A DNA stretch of 64,000 bases from an uncultured Eubacteriales bacterium. GTDB taxonomy: Bacteria > Bacillota > Clostridia > Christensenellales > CAG-138. This document shows, in pieces, positions 1 through 8,152 of this stretch (positions are counted from its first letter, which is position 1; each line of letters begins with the position of its first letter). The stretch is taken from positions 42,804-106,803 of the forward strand of contig UREK01000001.1 in the NCBI GenBank assembly GCA_900546845.1, in the 5' to 3' direction. A program made the translations under genes and the position numbers. The notes under the pieces are model-generated. The model made no database searches, was not told the DNA's origin, and was given only the letters and a program-made list of their open reading frames with translations.

Positions 1-142
1 TAACTTCTTCCTCGGTTGTTCCCAAGCCGTTGGGAAAGCCAGCGTGTGCCATCACAGCACCATCACTCCACCAAGCGGCAAGCTGCTTTGCATCGGCAAT
101 CTCGGCTTGACGGATAGTTAAGGTTTCATATTGTATTTTCAT
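1..142 (-). CDS. GNAT-family N-acetyltransferase, N-terminal fragment (gene continues past the left edge)
   Basis: Reverse-strand ATG at 142..140 with GAGG 8 nt upstream. It translates MKIQYETLTIRQAEIADAKQLAAWWSDGAVMAHAGFPNGLGTTEEEV, typical of RimJ/RimL/AAC(6')-like GNAT N-termini. Absent from the ORF track because it is truncated. Confidence 0.55.
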   Translation of the reverse strand, partial: MKIQYETLTIRQAEIADAKQLAAWWSDGAVMAHAGFPNGLGTTEEEV

Positions 143-355
143 TTAATACCTCATACTATTTTCAAATAGCGCCCTTGCTATCGTTTGTATCTGTTCTAAT
201 TGGATTCTTTCGGGGTTTACTTCATCCACTCCGAGCGCATCTGCAAAACCTTTAAGAATCCTGTACGCTGCTATGCCAGTTAATATTGGCCTTTGTTGGT
301 GACAGTATCGAGATAATTTTTGGCTTGTTTGTTTTCCAAGCACAGCAATATGCAA
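143..355 (-). CDS. hypothetical small protein (70 codons, TTG start), possibly a gene remnant
   Basis: ORF-track ORF. Its TAA stop (145..143) directly abuts the ATG of the downstream GNAT gene (TAAATG). It has no ATG or SD and overlaps the 3' end of the 280..870 ORF by 76 nt. Confidence 0.25.
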   Translation of the reverse strand: MHIAVLGKQTSQKLSRYCHQQRPILTGIAAYRILKGFADALGVDEVNPERIQLEQIQTIARALFENSMRY

Positions 356-870
356 ATAAGAATATCAAAAACAACAAAAGCAAGGCAAACTATGACTTGG
401 CTGAAGTAAATACCAAATATCAGTGATAAAATTGGAATAATAATAGAGGCATAAAAATATGTTGGTGAAAAATAAATCCAATAATAAGTTAAGAAGTGTG
501 CACCAACAACTATGGCATACACCATAATCATCTTATCTGGAATAGCGTACATTGCCCACAAAACAATTGGAAGATACAATAGCTGATTGAGTGCCGCTAC
601 AATGGAGAGGCTGCTGAGCGGATTCTCATTACTGAATATATTAACTTTTATTATTTTACCAAATAACATTCCAACGGGCATAAGCAATGCAGAGCAACAC
701 ATAGCAATCATATTTTTAGTATCAAGATCTAAATCCGTGAGAAACGCAATTAGCATAATTGTCCATACAACAGCGGATGCCATAATGAAAGACAACCCTT
801 TCTTTTGCTCAACTGCATATTCAATTTTCCAATTATTCAATACTTGTTTTTTTGATTTATTTTCAGACAT
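280..870 (-). CDS. multi-pass integral membrane protein, function unknown
   Basis: 196-aa ORF with AGGAGAGG upstream of the ATG. The sequence is almost entirely hydrophobic helices (e.g. FIMASAVVWTIMLIAFL, IVAALNQLLYLPIVLWAMYAI, IIIPILSLIFGIYFSQVIVCLAFVVF). Confidence 0.6.
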   Translation of the reverse strand: MSENKSKKQVLNNWKIEYAVEQKKGLSFIMASAVVWTIMLIAFLTDLDLDTKNMIAMCCSALLMPVGMLFGKIIKVNIFSNENPLSSLSIVAALNQLLYLPIVLWAMYAIPDKMIMVYAIVVGAHFLTYYWIYFSPTYFYASIIIPILSLIFGIYFSQVIVCLAFVVFDILICILLCLENKQAKNYLDTVTNKGQY

Positions 871-1029
871 AACCGCTTTCCTCTCCTATTTCTAAAATTC
901 AGGTTTATCTATTTATTACAGTGCTGATACCATGTTGTTTTTTCAAAACCAACGTCAATCTATCGTATTTCTGCCCGTCAGCCTCTCGTGTACCAATATT
1001 ACGACTGCACTCCACGATCTAATTATGGT

Positions 1030-1686
1030 TTATGTTCTTTTGCGTTTCCGAGCGAAAACAGTCATACCGAGCAGTGCGCCGCAGCTGATGAGCAGGAGCG
1101 CAAGCCAGAGAGTCCTGTTGCCGTTGCTGCCAGTCTGCGGCATAGCACTGGGGGATTCGTTGTCAGCGGGAGACATTCTATCCGCAGACACAATGGAAAG
1201 CGGAAGTGTTTTTAGCGAAGAGTGTGTTTTTACGAAATCAACAACAGCGGTATAATCTTCTGGAGTGACGCCAATTTCGGCTATATTATTATCGTCCTTT
1301 ATTCCGGCAGATGAAAGGGAATATCCCTTGTCTCTCAACAACGTTGATGCAGTATCGCGAGATGCAAGCAGTTCATTGTAGGAATATTTTGCTGTGCTGA
1401 AAGTGATACTGCTCCTATAGCTGGTACTGATATAGGAAAGCATTTTGTCTTGCGCTGCACCAAATTTTGAAGTTGTATCCGCATGACGCTCCGTAAGCAG
1501 AACACATAATTTGCTGTCAGAAGTATCAAGATATGCCCCGGCATATTCGTCAGGGTATTTGCCATTAAATGCGGAGAGCAGTTCGTTATAAGCGGCGTTT
1601 GCATCGCGAACGCCGTCCGCAAACGCCGGAACCGCCATAAATGTGGATAACATTAGTATCAGAACGACTGTTATGAAGTATTTCAA
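1030..1686 (-). CDS. secreted cell-wall-anchored protein (sortase substrate, MPQTG sorting signal)
   Basis: AAGGAGG lies 7 nt before TTG at 1686. Signal peptide KYFITVVLILMLSTFMAVPAFA. The C-terminus is MPQTG, then a hydrophobic stretch LWLALLLISCGALLGMTVF, then a basic tail RKRKRT, the classic LPXTG-type tripartite signal. Confidence 0.65.
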   Translation of the reverse strand: MKYFITVVLILMLSTFMAVPAFADGVRDANAAYNELLSAFNGKYPDEYAGAYLDTSDSKLCVLLTERHADTTSKFGAAQDKMLSYISTSYRSSITFSTAKYSYNELLASRDTASTLLRDKGYSLSSAGIKDDNNIAEIGVTPEDYTAVVDFVKTHSSLKTLPLSIVSADRMSPADNESPSAMPQTGSNGNRTLWLALLLISCGALLGMTVFARKRKRT

Positions 1687-2203
1687 ATTGATTTCCTCCT
1701 TAACGTTTATTGTGTTGGCCACAAGAAATCTACGCAATTCCTTGCGGCCTACAATGAAGGCGAATTAACCAGTAGCAAGATGGTAGCCAGTACTTTTTTC
1801 GTTGAATCCTCCTTCCAATTACCTCAGTTTCCTCTTGTGAACTTCCGCATAGGCTTTAAGTGAAAGCAACGAACAAGATAAGAAACACTTAAAAACGCGA
1901 CAACTTCAACTGATGTCAATATAGACACACAAGCCGACAAGCAACAGTCCGGCTTATGCGCCAACGGAAACGATTTTGATACGACCTCTCCATAATTGGG
2001 AGCCGCACCAATACCACCGACGCACGAAGCCAAACCGGGCGTCATTGGGACGATACATGGCGTTACCTCCAATCACAGTTCATCAGATAGGTATTTTATC
2101 CACATAATAAGTCTGCCATGAATGCCCGAAAAAAGCAATCCTCATTTTGGAGTTGAACTTACAAACATTTCATGAACGAATAAATGAGCCGAACAACCAT
2201 AAG

Positions 2204-2237
2204 CAGCAAAGCACTTTGAAGGCTTGCTGTTTTTTTT
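2204..2237 (+). terminator. orphan rho-independent terminator in a gene-free gap
   Basis: Stem CAGCAA(A)GC / GCTTGCTG with a 9-nt loop, followed by T8 (2230..2237). No intact plus-strand ORF lies upstream. Confidence 0.55.
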
Positions 2238-2666
2238 GTTCTGAATAAAAAAAGTATTTGATTTTTAAGCATCAAAAAGCATGAAACTGCGAAGATACTT
2301 GCAAATACTAACTTTTTCGCATATCAAGACAAATAAAATCACAATGGCTTTTGAAGATTTGGCGCCAAAATAGTGCCCAAATTCTCTATAGTGATATAAA
2401 ACGATACGAGCAGATATAAGGAAACACCATAGTATGCAAGAGTGAAAGCACTCGTTGCTTTCGCTCTCTTGTCTGCCACATAAGCAGGCGCAGGCACTCC
2501 TTGTCAACGGCGGACGGAGCCCATTCATCTTGAACGTTGACGAGGGTAACTGGCTCTGTTATTCCGTAAAAAATAGGGGAATGATAGAAAATTTCATATC
2601 CGAGTGATATAATATAAATGTCAAAGATGTCAACAGGTTCAATCGGAATTTAGGAGGGTGACTGAC

Positions 2667-3140
2667 ATGGATGTTTCCTTTAAAACCAATGATGGAAAGT
2701 TTAATTATAGAGTTTGCGCAGTGATGATTAACAACGGCAGGATACTGGCAATGCACGATGAACGCTCACCATATTACTACTTGCCCGGTGGGAGAGTAGA
2801 AATGGGTGAAACCGCAGAGCACGCTGTGGTTAGGGAAGTGCAGGAAGAACTGAACATCACCCCTAAAATCATTCGTCCGTTATGGCTAAATCAAGCCTTT
2901 TTTAGAGAAGATGTGGATGGACAAAATTACCATGAACTATGTGTGTATTTTCTGGTGGATATTTCTAACACAGATATTCTTTCCAAAGAACGGTTTACCT
3001 TGCAAGAACGGCATCATATACATGACTTTGAATGGCTCGAATTTGAGCGACTGAAAACTGAATACTTTTATCCTTTGTTCTTGAAGAGTGAGATATTCAA
3101 TTTGCCTGACGAATTTACAATTCGTGCGGAAAGAGAATAG
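2667..3140 (+). CDS. NUDIX hydrolase
   Basis: AGGAGGG lies 8 nt before ATG 2667. Nudix box GGRVEMGETAEHAVVREVQEELN matches GX5EX7REUXEEXGU. Confidence 0.85.
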   Translation: MDVSFKTNDGKFNYRVCAVMINNGRILAMHDERSPYYYLPGGRVEMGETAEHAVVREVQEELNITPKIIRPLWLNQAFFREDVDGQNYHELCVYFLVDISNTDILSKERFTLQERHHIHDFEWLEFERLKTEYFYPLFLKSEIFNLPDEFTIRAERE

Positions 3141-3423
3141 AAAGATAAACCGGAATTTGAAAACCACGATATCATAAGTGGTTACCGCTCCGCATAGGGC
3201 GTTAATAAAATCCTCCAAAACGCCCCAAAACAAAGGATCTATCGCAATGTGTCCGCCATACGATTTCACTTGCGTTTATGCTTCCCACGCCACCTCATAA
3301 GGGCAAAAACAAGGGAAGAATAAGCTGATAACAAGTTATAATAGCAAGTGGCAATCGGGACACTATGATAAGTGCTTGTGCGATGGAAATTGTGGAGAAA
3401 GAAATCATTTACGCATAACAGAC

Positions 3424-3462
3424 AGGCGGCAGGGAGAAATCTCTGCCGCCTATTGACTTTTT
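3424..3462 (+). terminator. hairpin plus T-run, candidate terminator
   Basis: AGGCGGCAG ... CTGCCGCCT stem (3424..3451) followed by ATTGACTTTTT. It overlaps the -35 of the TetR promoter. Confidence 0.4.
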
Positions 3463-3481
3463 ATGCTGTCCTGCATATAAT
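3453..3481 (+). promoter_or_regulatory. sigma-70-type promoter of the TetR/ABC operon
   Basis: TTGACT (3453..3458), 17-nt spacer, TATAAT (3476..3481), about 45 nt upstream of the TetR start. Confidence 0.5.
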
Positions 3482-3528
3482 AAAACAGATGATGCAAAAC
3501 AAGCGATTTAGAATAAGGAGGAACAGAT

Positions 3529-4110
3529 ATGCCGCCAAAAGCAAAATTTACAAAAGAGGAAATTGTTGATGCCGCTTTCCATATTGTCAAAACAGATGGC
3601 TTTGAAGCCCTGACTTCCAGAGCGTTAGGAACCCGCCTGGGCAGCTCGGCAAGGCCTATTTTTACAGTATTCCAAAGTATGGACGAAGTTCAGCAAGCCG
3701 TGATCGAAGCTGCAAAAGCGCTGTATAAGGGATATGTGGATCAAGGCTTGATGTGGGAACACCCCTTTAAGGGCGTGGGAACCCAATATATTCTCTTTTC
3801 TATTCAGGAGCCAAAGCTCTTTCAGCTTCTGTTTATGACAGAACAGCCGCAAATCCCGGATTTTTCGGGTGTATTGCCCTTGATCGAGGAAAGCTACGAG
3901 GAAATTCTCTTGTCTATTCAAAATGACTATGGAATAAGCAGGCACCTTGCCGAAAAGCTATATCATCACCTTTGGATCTATACCCACGGTATCGCAACCC
4001 TTTGTGCCACCAAAATGTGCCGCTTTACCGGCGAGGAAATCAGCTCGATGATTACAGAGGTATGTACGAGTATTTTGAAAAATATAAAGGAGGGTCAAAG
4101 CAATGATTGA
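3529..4110 (+). CDS. TetR/AcrR-family transcriptional regulator
   Basis: AAGGAGG upstream. N-terminal HTH region FTKEEIVDAAFHIVKTDGFEALTSRALGTRLGSSARPIFTVF is typical of TetR_N. Its stop overlaps the next gene. Confidence 0.85.
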   Translation: MPPKAKFTKEEIVDAAFHIVKTDGFEALTSRALGTRLGSSARPIFTVFQSMDEVQQAVIEAAKALYKGYVDQGLMWEHPFKGVGTQYILFSIQEPKLFQLLFMTEQPQIPDFSGVLPLIEESYEEILLSIQNDYGISRHLAEKLYHHLWIYTHGIATLCATKMCRFTGEEISSMITEVCTSILKNIKEGQSND

Positions 4111-4795
4111 AGTGAAAAACATTGTAAAATCATACGGAAGCGGCGAGAGCCGATTTCAGGCTTTGCGGGGGATCAGTCTTAAAATCCAGGACGGGGATTT
4201 TGTTGTGATCCTCGGTGCGTCAGGTTCCGGCAAATCTACTTTTTTGAATGTAATTTCAGGGCTCGAACACCCGGACAGCGGTAAGGTGTTTTATGATACA
4301 ACGGATATTACAGCACTTCCCGACAAGAAATTAACGGCCTTTCGCAAGGGAAATGTGGGCTTTATTTTTCAGCAGTATTATTTGCTCCCGGACATGAGCG
4401 TGGAGAAAAATGTGAAAATGGGTGCGGATTTAGCGGGCAACAAGGATTATGAAGCCGTTATTAGAGCGGTCGGACTCGGAGAGAAACTACATAAATATCC
4501 CAGTGAGCTTTCAGGCGGCGAACAGCAAAGAGTTTCCGTTGCAAGAGCATTGGCAAAAAAGCCAAAGGTATTGTTTCTGGACGAGCCTACAGGCGCATTG
4601 GATGAACAGACGGGCCGGCAGGTGCTGGATTATATCTGCAAGTTAAAAAAACAGTATGGTTTTACGATTGTCATGGTGACACACAATTTGAATATTGCGG
4701 AAATGGCCAAAACAGTCGTTAAAATGAACAGCGGAAAAATATCGGATATTTACCAAAACGAAGTTCAAAAGTCCGCTTATGAGATCGGATGGTGA
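4103..4795 (+). CDS. ABC transporter ATP-binding protein (MacB/FtsE-like)
   Basis: Walker A GASGSGKST, signature LSGGEQQR, Walker B VLFLDEPTGALD, H-loop VTHN. Confidence 0.9.
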   Translation: MIEVKNIVKSYGSGESRFQALRGISLKIQDGDFVVILGASGSGKSTFLNVISGLEHPDSGKVFYDTTDITALPDKKLTAFRKGNVGFIFQQYYLLPDMSVEKNVKMGADLAGNKDYEAVIRAVGLGEKLHKYPSELSGGEQQRVSVARALAKKPKVLFLDEPTGALDEQTGRQVLDYICKLKKQYGFTIVMVTHNLNIAEMAKTVVKMNSGKISDIYQNEVQKSAYEIGW

Positions 4796-4799
4796 TAAA

Positions 4800-5948
4800 A
4801 TGCTTATTGGAATCAAAAATGCTTCAAAGCTCATCGGCATTTCGATCATCGCTTGCTGTGCCGTGCTGGTGTGTACAATGTTCCTGAATTTCTATTTTGA
4901 TGTTCAGCTAATTGAGAGTGAAATCACATCAGAACTGTCTATGATTTTCTATAACGCTCAGGTTTCGACGGCAAAGGTTGTCTGCCTTGTAAGTGGCGGT
5001 TGTCTGCTGATCACTTCGGTTGTTATGCTCATGTTTTACATCAAGCATTATATTGATACCCACAAAAAAGAGCTTGGTATCTTAAAGGCTTTGGGGTATT
5101 CCAATCTGGAAGTCGCAAAAAGCTTTTGGGTATTCGGGATCAGCGCGTTTATCGGGACTGCGATTGGTTTTGGTGGAGCGTTTGCGCTGATGCCACGGTT
5201 TTATGCTCTGCAAAATGAGGACAAAATGCTTCCAGAGATCGCTATACACTTTCACCCAACCATCTTTCTTTATTTTGTGATATTACCGACAGTTGGTTTT
5301 TCTCTGCTTGCGATTGGTTATGCTTGGTGGAAATTAAAGAGGCCTGTATTATCGCTTCTGAAAAATGATTTTCAGATCTTAACCAAAGCAAAGAGGCATA
5401 CGGAGGATAAACTCAGCGAGTGTTCCTTTGTGGATGACGCGAAAAGAAATACCGTAAAAAGCAAGAAAGAACTTATATTTTTTATCATTTTTGCTTCCTT
5501 CTGCTTCTCCGCCATGACGCAGATGTCCTTTAGCATGAAAGACCTGTCAAGTGAAATGATGGGAGCCATGATGCTGATGATCGGCCTTGTTTTGGCGTTT
5601 ACAACACTGTTTCTGTCCATCACAACAGTTATCAACGGAAACACAAAAACGGTCGCTATGATGCGGGTGTTTGGCTATTCGCAAAAAGAATGCTGCAAGG
5701 CAATTCTCGGCGGATACAGACCCATGTCCTATATCGGTTTTGCCATTGGAACAGGATACCAGTATGCCTTGCTTCGGATTATGGTGGATATTGTATTTAA
5801 AGACGTTGAGGGCGTTCCTGTTTATAAATTTGATTTTCCTGTTATGCTTATTTCGCTTGTTGTCTTTATTATGATGTATGAAATTCTGATGTTTATATAT
5901 TCCGAAAAGGTAAAGAAGATTTCTATTAAAGAAATAATGATTGAATAA
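4800..5948 (+). CDS. ABC transporter permease, FtsX/MacB-like
   Basis: ORF 4779..5948; ATG at 4800 (MLIGIKNASK) follows the ATPase stop. Multiple TM helices in two FtsX-like halves. An alternative start is at 4779. Confidence 0.8.
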   Translation: MLIGIKNASKLIGISIIACCAVLVCTMFLNFYFDVQLIESEITSELSMIFYNAQVSTAKVVCLVSGGCLLITSVVMLMFYIKHYIDTHKKELGILKALGYSNLEVAKSFWVFGISAFIGTAIGFGGAFALMPRFYALQNEDKMLPEIAIHFHPTIFLYFVILPTVGFSLLAIGYAWWKLKRPVLSLLKNDFQILTKAKRHTEDKLSECSFVDDAKRNTVKSKKELIFFIIFASFCFSAMTQMSFSMKDLSSEMMGAMMLMIGLVLAFTTLFLSITTVINGNTKTVAMMRVFGYSQKECCKAILGGYRPMSYIGFAIGTGYQYALLRIMVDIVFKDVEGVPVYKFDFPVMLISLVVFIMMYEILMFIYSEKVKKISIKEIMIE

Positions 5949-5960
5949 TTAGAGGAAAGT

Positions 5961-6140
5961 ATGCAAAACGAATGGATACGTTGCCCTGCCTGTGAGAACA
6001 AAACAAGGTTGTAGATACGGGAAGATACAGAACTGAGAAATTCCCCCCTTTACTGCCCAAAATGCAAGCAGGAAACGCTGATAGAAGCGGAAAACTTGAA
6101 AATAACTGTTATAAAGAAACAGGAAACATACTCTCTATAT
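5961..6140 (+). pseudogene. cysteine-rich KTR-domain protein gene interrupted by an in-frame TAG
   Basis: MQNEWIRCPACENKTRL, then TAG at 6012..6014, then IREDTELRNSPLYCPKCKQETLIEAENLKITVIKK in the same frame. The two CxxC pairs and the KTR motif match the small KTR zinc-ribbon family. The C-terminus also diverges from what I recall of the family. Confidence 0.6.
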
Positions 6141-6144
6141 GTAC

Positions 6145-6182
6145 GCCGCCGTATATGGGTAAAACCATGGCGGCGGTTTTTC
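6145..6182 (+). terminator. rho-independent terminator after the KTR remnant
   Basis: CCGCCG (6146..6151) pairs with CGGCGG (6171..6176), followed by TTTTT. Confidence 0.5.
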
Positions 6183-6410
6183 TGCGCCTATCGGCTGTCT
6201 CTGCCAAAAAATTTTTTGCGTGATTTCTGCTGTCTGCCCTGCTCCTGTAACAGCCTGAGCCTGTTTCTGACGCTCTCTCTTTCAGGCGGTACGCCACATG
6301 TGTAGGAGCGAAACCCCTCTTGTACGAAGGGAAATTTTGTGCAAGGGGTGTATTTCGCTCTCAAACGCCGAGGGCTTATTACCCGCCGGAAAAGCAGTTT
6401 TGTATTCAGA

Positions 6411-6457
6411 TAAATAAAATTCCCTTGTTTCGGCTTGTAAGGGCAAGAACAAGGGAA
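6411..6457 (-). terminator. rho-independent terminator downstream of the GNAT gene
   Basis: Perfect 10-bp stem TTCCCTTGTT (6420..6429) / AACAAGGGAA (6448..6457). On the minus strand it is followed by TTTTATTTA. Confidence 0.55.
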
Positions 6458-6540
6458 AATACATAAAGGCTGGAACACAAAACAGGCGAAACGCCTTGAA
6501 AATACAGCGTTTTCAGAGGGTTTCATAGACAAACTGGAAT

Positions 6541-7014
6541 TTACCTCATACTCATAATATATACCTGACATGGATTCCATTCATCCCATAATGTGGGAAA
6601 CACCTCAAATTCCTTAAAACCAAGCGAAAGGTAGAACTTGTTTGTCCTGTCATATTCCTCATGTTTCCCCATTTGGACTGTTTTGACCTGAATAAAAGAA
6701 TAGCCCTGTTCCACTGCCGCTTCCTTGGCTCTGCTGAATAATTCTCGACCAATACCTTTCCGATGAAATTCTTTCAAAACACCCATAACATACAATTCCA
6801 CTGTAGCACTACCAGTTTCTTTCAAATATAGAAACCCAACAGGACTATCACCTTCAAAAGCACAAAAGAATATTTTATGATTGCTCTCCGCAATATATTC
6901 CTCTCTTGCCTCCGGAATTCCAAACCAATCTGGAAGAGCTTCAAGGATAAGCCTCGTAATGTTTTGCTTTTCACCATCGTCTGATAAGCCTCGTAATGTT
7001 TTGCTTTTCACCAT
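6541..7014 (-). CDS. GNAT-family N-acetyltransferase with its 5' end rearranged by a 37-bp tandem duplication
   Basis: 157-aa ORF with a GNAT core (FHRKGIGRELFSRAKEAAVEQGYSFIQVKT). The ancestral start appears to be ATG 7039 behind AAGGAG, but that frame now stops after 22 codons. Confidence 0.7.
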   Translation of the reverse strand: MVKSKTLRGLSDDGEKQNITRLILEALPDWFGIPEAREEYIAESNHKIFFCAFEGDSPVGFLYLKETGSATVELYVMGVLKEFHRKGIGRELFSRAKEAAVEQGYSFIQVKTVQMGKHEEYDRTNKFYLSLGFKEFEVFPTLWDEWNPCQVYIMSMR

Positions 7015-7020
7015 CGTCTG
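6946..7020. repeat. perfect 37-bp tandem duplication (2 copies plus 1 nt)
   Basis: GATAAGCCTCGTAATGTTTTGCTTTTCACCATCGTCT occurs at 6946..6982 and again at 6983..7019. It was read directly from the sequence. Confidence 0.95.
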
Positions 7021-7271
7021 TGATTTGCCTTATCTCCATTTTATCTGCTCCTTTTTTAATCCCGATTTGCCGCTCAGATATGAAATAATGATACCATGGA
7101 TTTGTGAAAAATTCTACCGCATAATTCACTCTGGCTGATTACAAAGCCGAAGGGAGAAGCTACTTCTTTATATAGCCTCTCCCTTCGGTAATCCATTTAT
7201 TCATGTTCTTCACCCTCACAACTCCCGATTTGTATGTCTGTTCGCTCCCCGACAAATGGGAAGTTATTAAC

Positions 7272-7787
7272 TTAATCCCATAATGAAGAAAAGTGAGCAA
7301 GGTAAAACTGTCTCATCTTCTCGCCTTGGTCGTCGATGTGTTCCTTGATATAGTTCGCCTGCTGTTTCTGCTCGATTGGATCAATTTCGGAATATCTGTG
7401 AATGACAACATTTCCATTTTCCTCTTCCTTCAGAATCTCGGCATAGGGGTCGTCAACCACTTCGCATTGGTGAACAGGCACCGCTGTCTCGCTCTCCCAT
7501 GTATGTCCCTTTGTGTTTGTCAGGTCATCGGTCGCGTCGGTAAAGTAAATATATCCACGTTTACCGCCGTAAAGTATTCTTAATTGATCTGGAAACCTCT
7601 CGAAGTAATGTTGCTTTCCGTCCCTGCCAAGGCCCATGGTAACAAAGTTCTCGCTCCTGCTTCGACAACAAACCAGGGCATAGCACCTATCCTCGGTAAA
7701 ATAGACGACTCTTTTCCCTGACGTATGAGATATTGAATTTGCTTTGATGATGCTTAATCCCTCTATGATTGTTCCATGATACAGCAT
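7272..7787 (-). CDS. uncharacterised conserved protein (starts MLYHGT), last gene of the AT-rich block
   Basis: ORF 7272..7931. GGAGG lies 5 nt before ATG 7787, so 171 aa is the likely product. No recognisable family motif apart from the LYHGT ... GKRVVYFTE pattern (see findings). Confidence 0.55.
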   Translation of the reverse strand: MLYHGTIIEGLSIIKANSISHTSGKRVVYFTEDRCYALVCCRSRSENFVTMGLGRDGKQHYFERFPDQLRILYGGKRGYIYFTDATDDLTNTKGHTWESETAVPVHQCEVVDDPYAEILKEEENGNVVIHRYSEIDPIEQKQQANYIKEHIDDQGEKMRQFYLAHFSSLWD

Positions 7788-8011
7788 ATGTACCTCCATA
7801 AATACCGAGTTTGTTGCGCAATAGCAAGCTATCGGAACCTCTTCCTTCGGCTCGTTTTGCTTTGTTATAAATACTTCCTTGATAAGGCTGCGGCTTTTTG
7901 GAGTAGCTCTTTTTTTTACTATACACGGCAAGCGATTGCGTTGTCAAGCATACTTTGAAAAATATTTATCAATAAGGGCCAAGTTTAATGGGCGATTTCT
8001 GGCGCATACGC

Positions 8012-8039
8012 AAAAAGGATGGCGCGAGCCATCCTTTTT
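8012..8039. terminator. bidirectional terminator at the AT-rich/GC-rich junction
   Basis: AAAAAGGATGGC-GCGA-GCCATCCTTTTT, a perfect 7-bp GC-rich stem flanked by an A-run and a T-run. Confidence 0.7.
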
Positions 8040-8152
8040 GCCAGCAAACTGAACACGGTATCGTCCGCGACGGACGGCTCCATAAGCGGAGCAAGCAAGG
8101 GGTGCGGACGGGCAGGCCCGCTTCCCCGGCTTTCCAAGATAAGAGGAGGAGG

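Noticed and set aside
1-355. GNAT-toxin/antitoxin pair (a small ORF abutting a GNAT gene by TAAATG, as in TacAT/AtaRT modules).
   Set aside because: The GNAT N-terminus looks like RimJ/AAC-type enzymes rather than tRNA-acetylating toxins. The 70-codon ORF has no RHH/DUF1778-like features, no ATG or SD, and overlaps the preceding membrane-protein gene. It is more likely a remnant.
1824-2072. 82-codon Cys-rich ORF (..MTPGLASCVGGIGAAPNYGE..CCLSAC..) as a bacteriocin/RiPP precursor.
   Set aside because: Its first ATG has no SD. The only SD in the region serves a different frame. No maturation, immunity or dedicated export genes are adjacent. The region shows other signs of gene decay.
5961-6140. 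In-frame TAG in the KTR gene as programmed readthrough or pyrrolysine.
   Set aside because: No pyl genes or PYLIS-like context are visible, and no other gene in the window needs TAG decoding. The gene's 3' end is also aberrant, and neighbouring genes are decaying, so a plain nonsense mutation is the parsimonious reading.
3298-6457. Shared 20-mer TAAGGGCAA[A/G]AACAAGGGAA at 3298..3317 and 6438..6457 as the ends of a mobile element.
   Set aside because: The second copy is simply the right arm of a terminator hairpin. The first lacks the complementary arm and any flanking similarity. Both are in the same orientation, with no inverted or direct terminal structure around them. It is probably a degenerate terminator copy.
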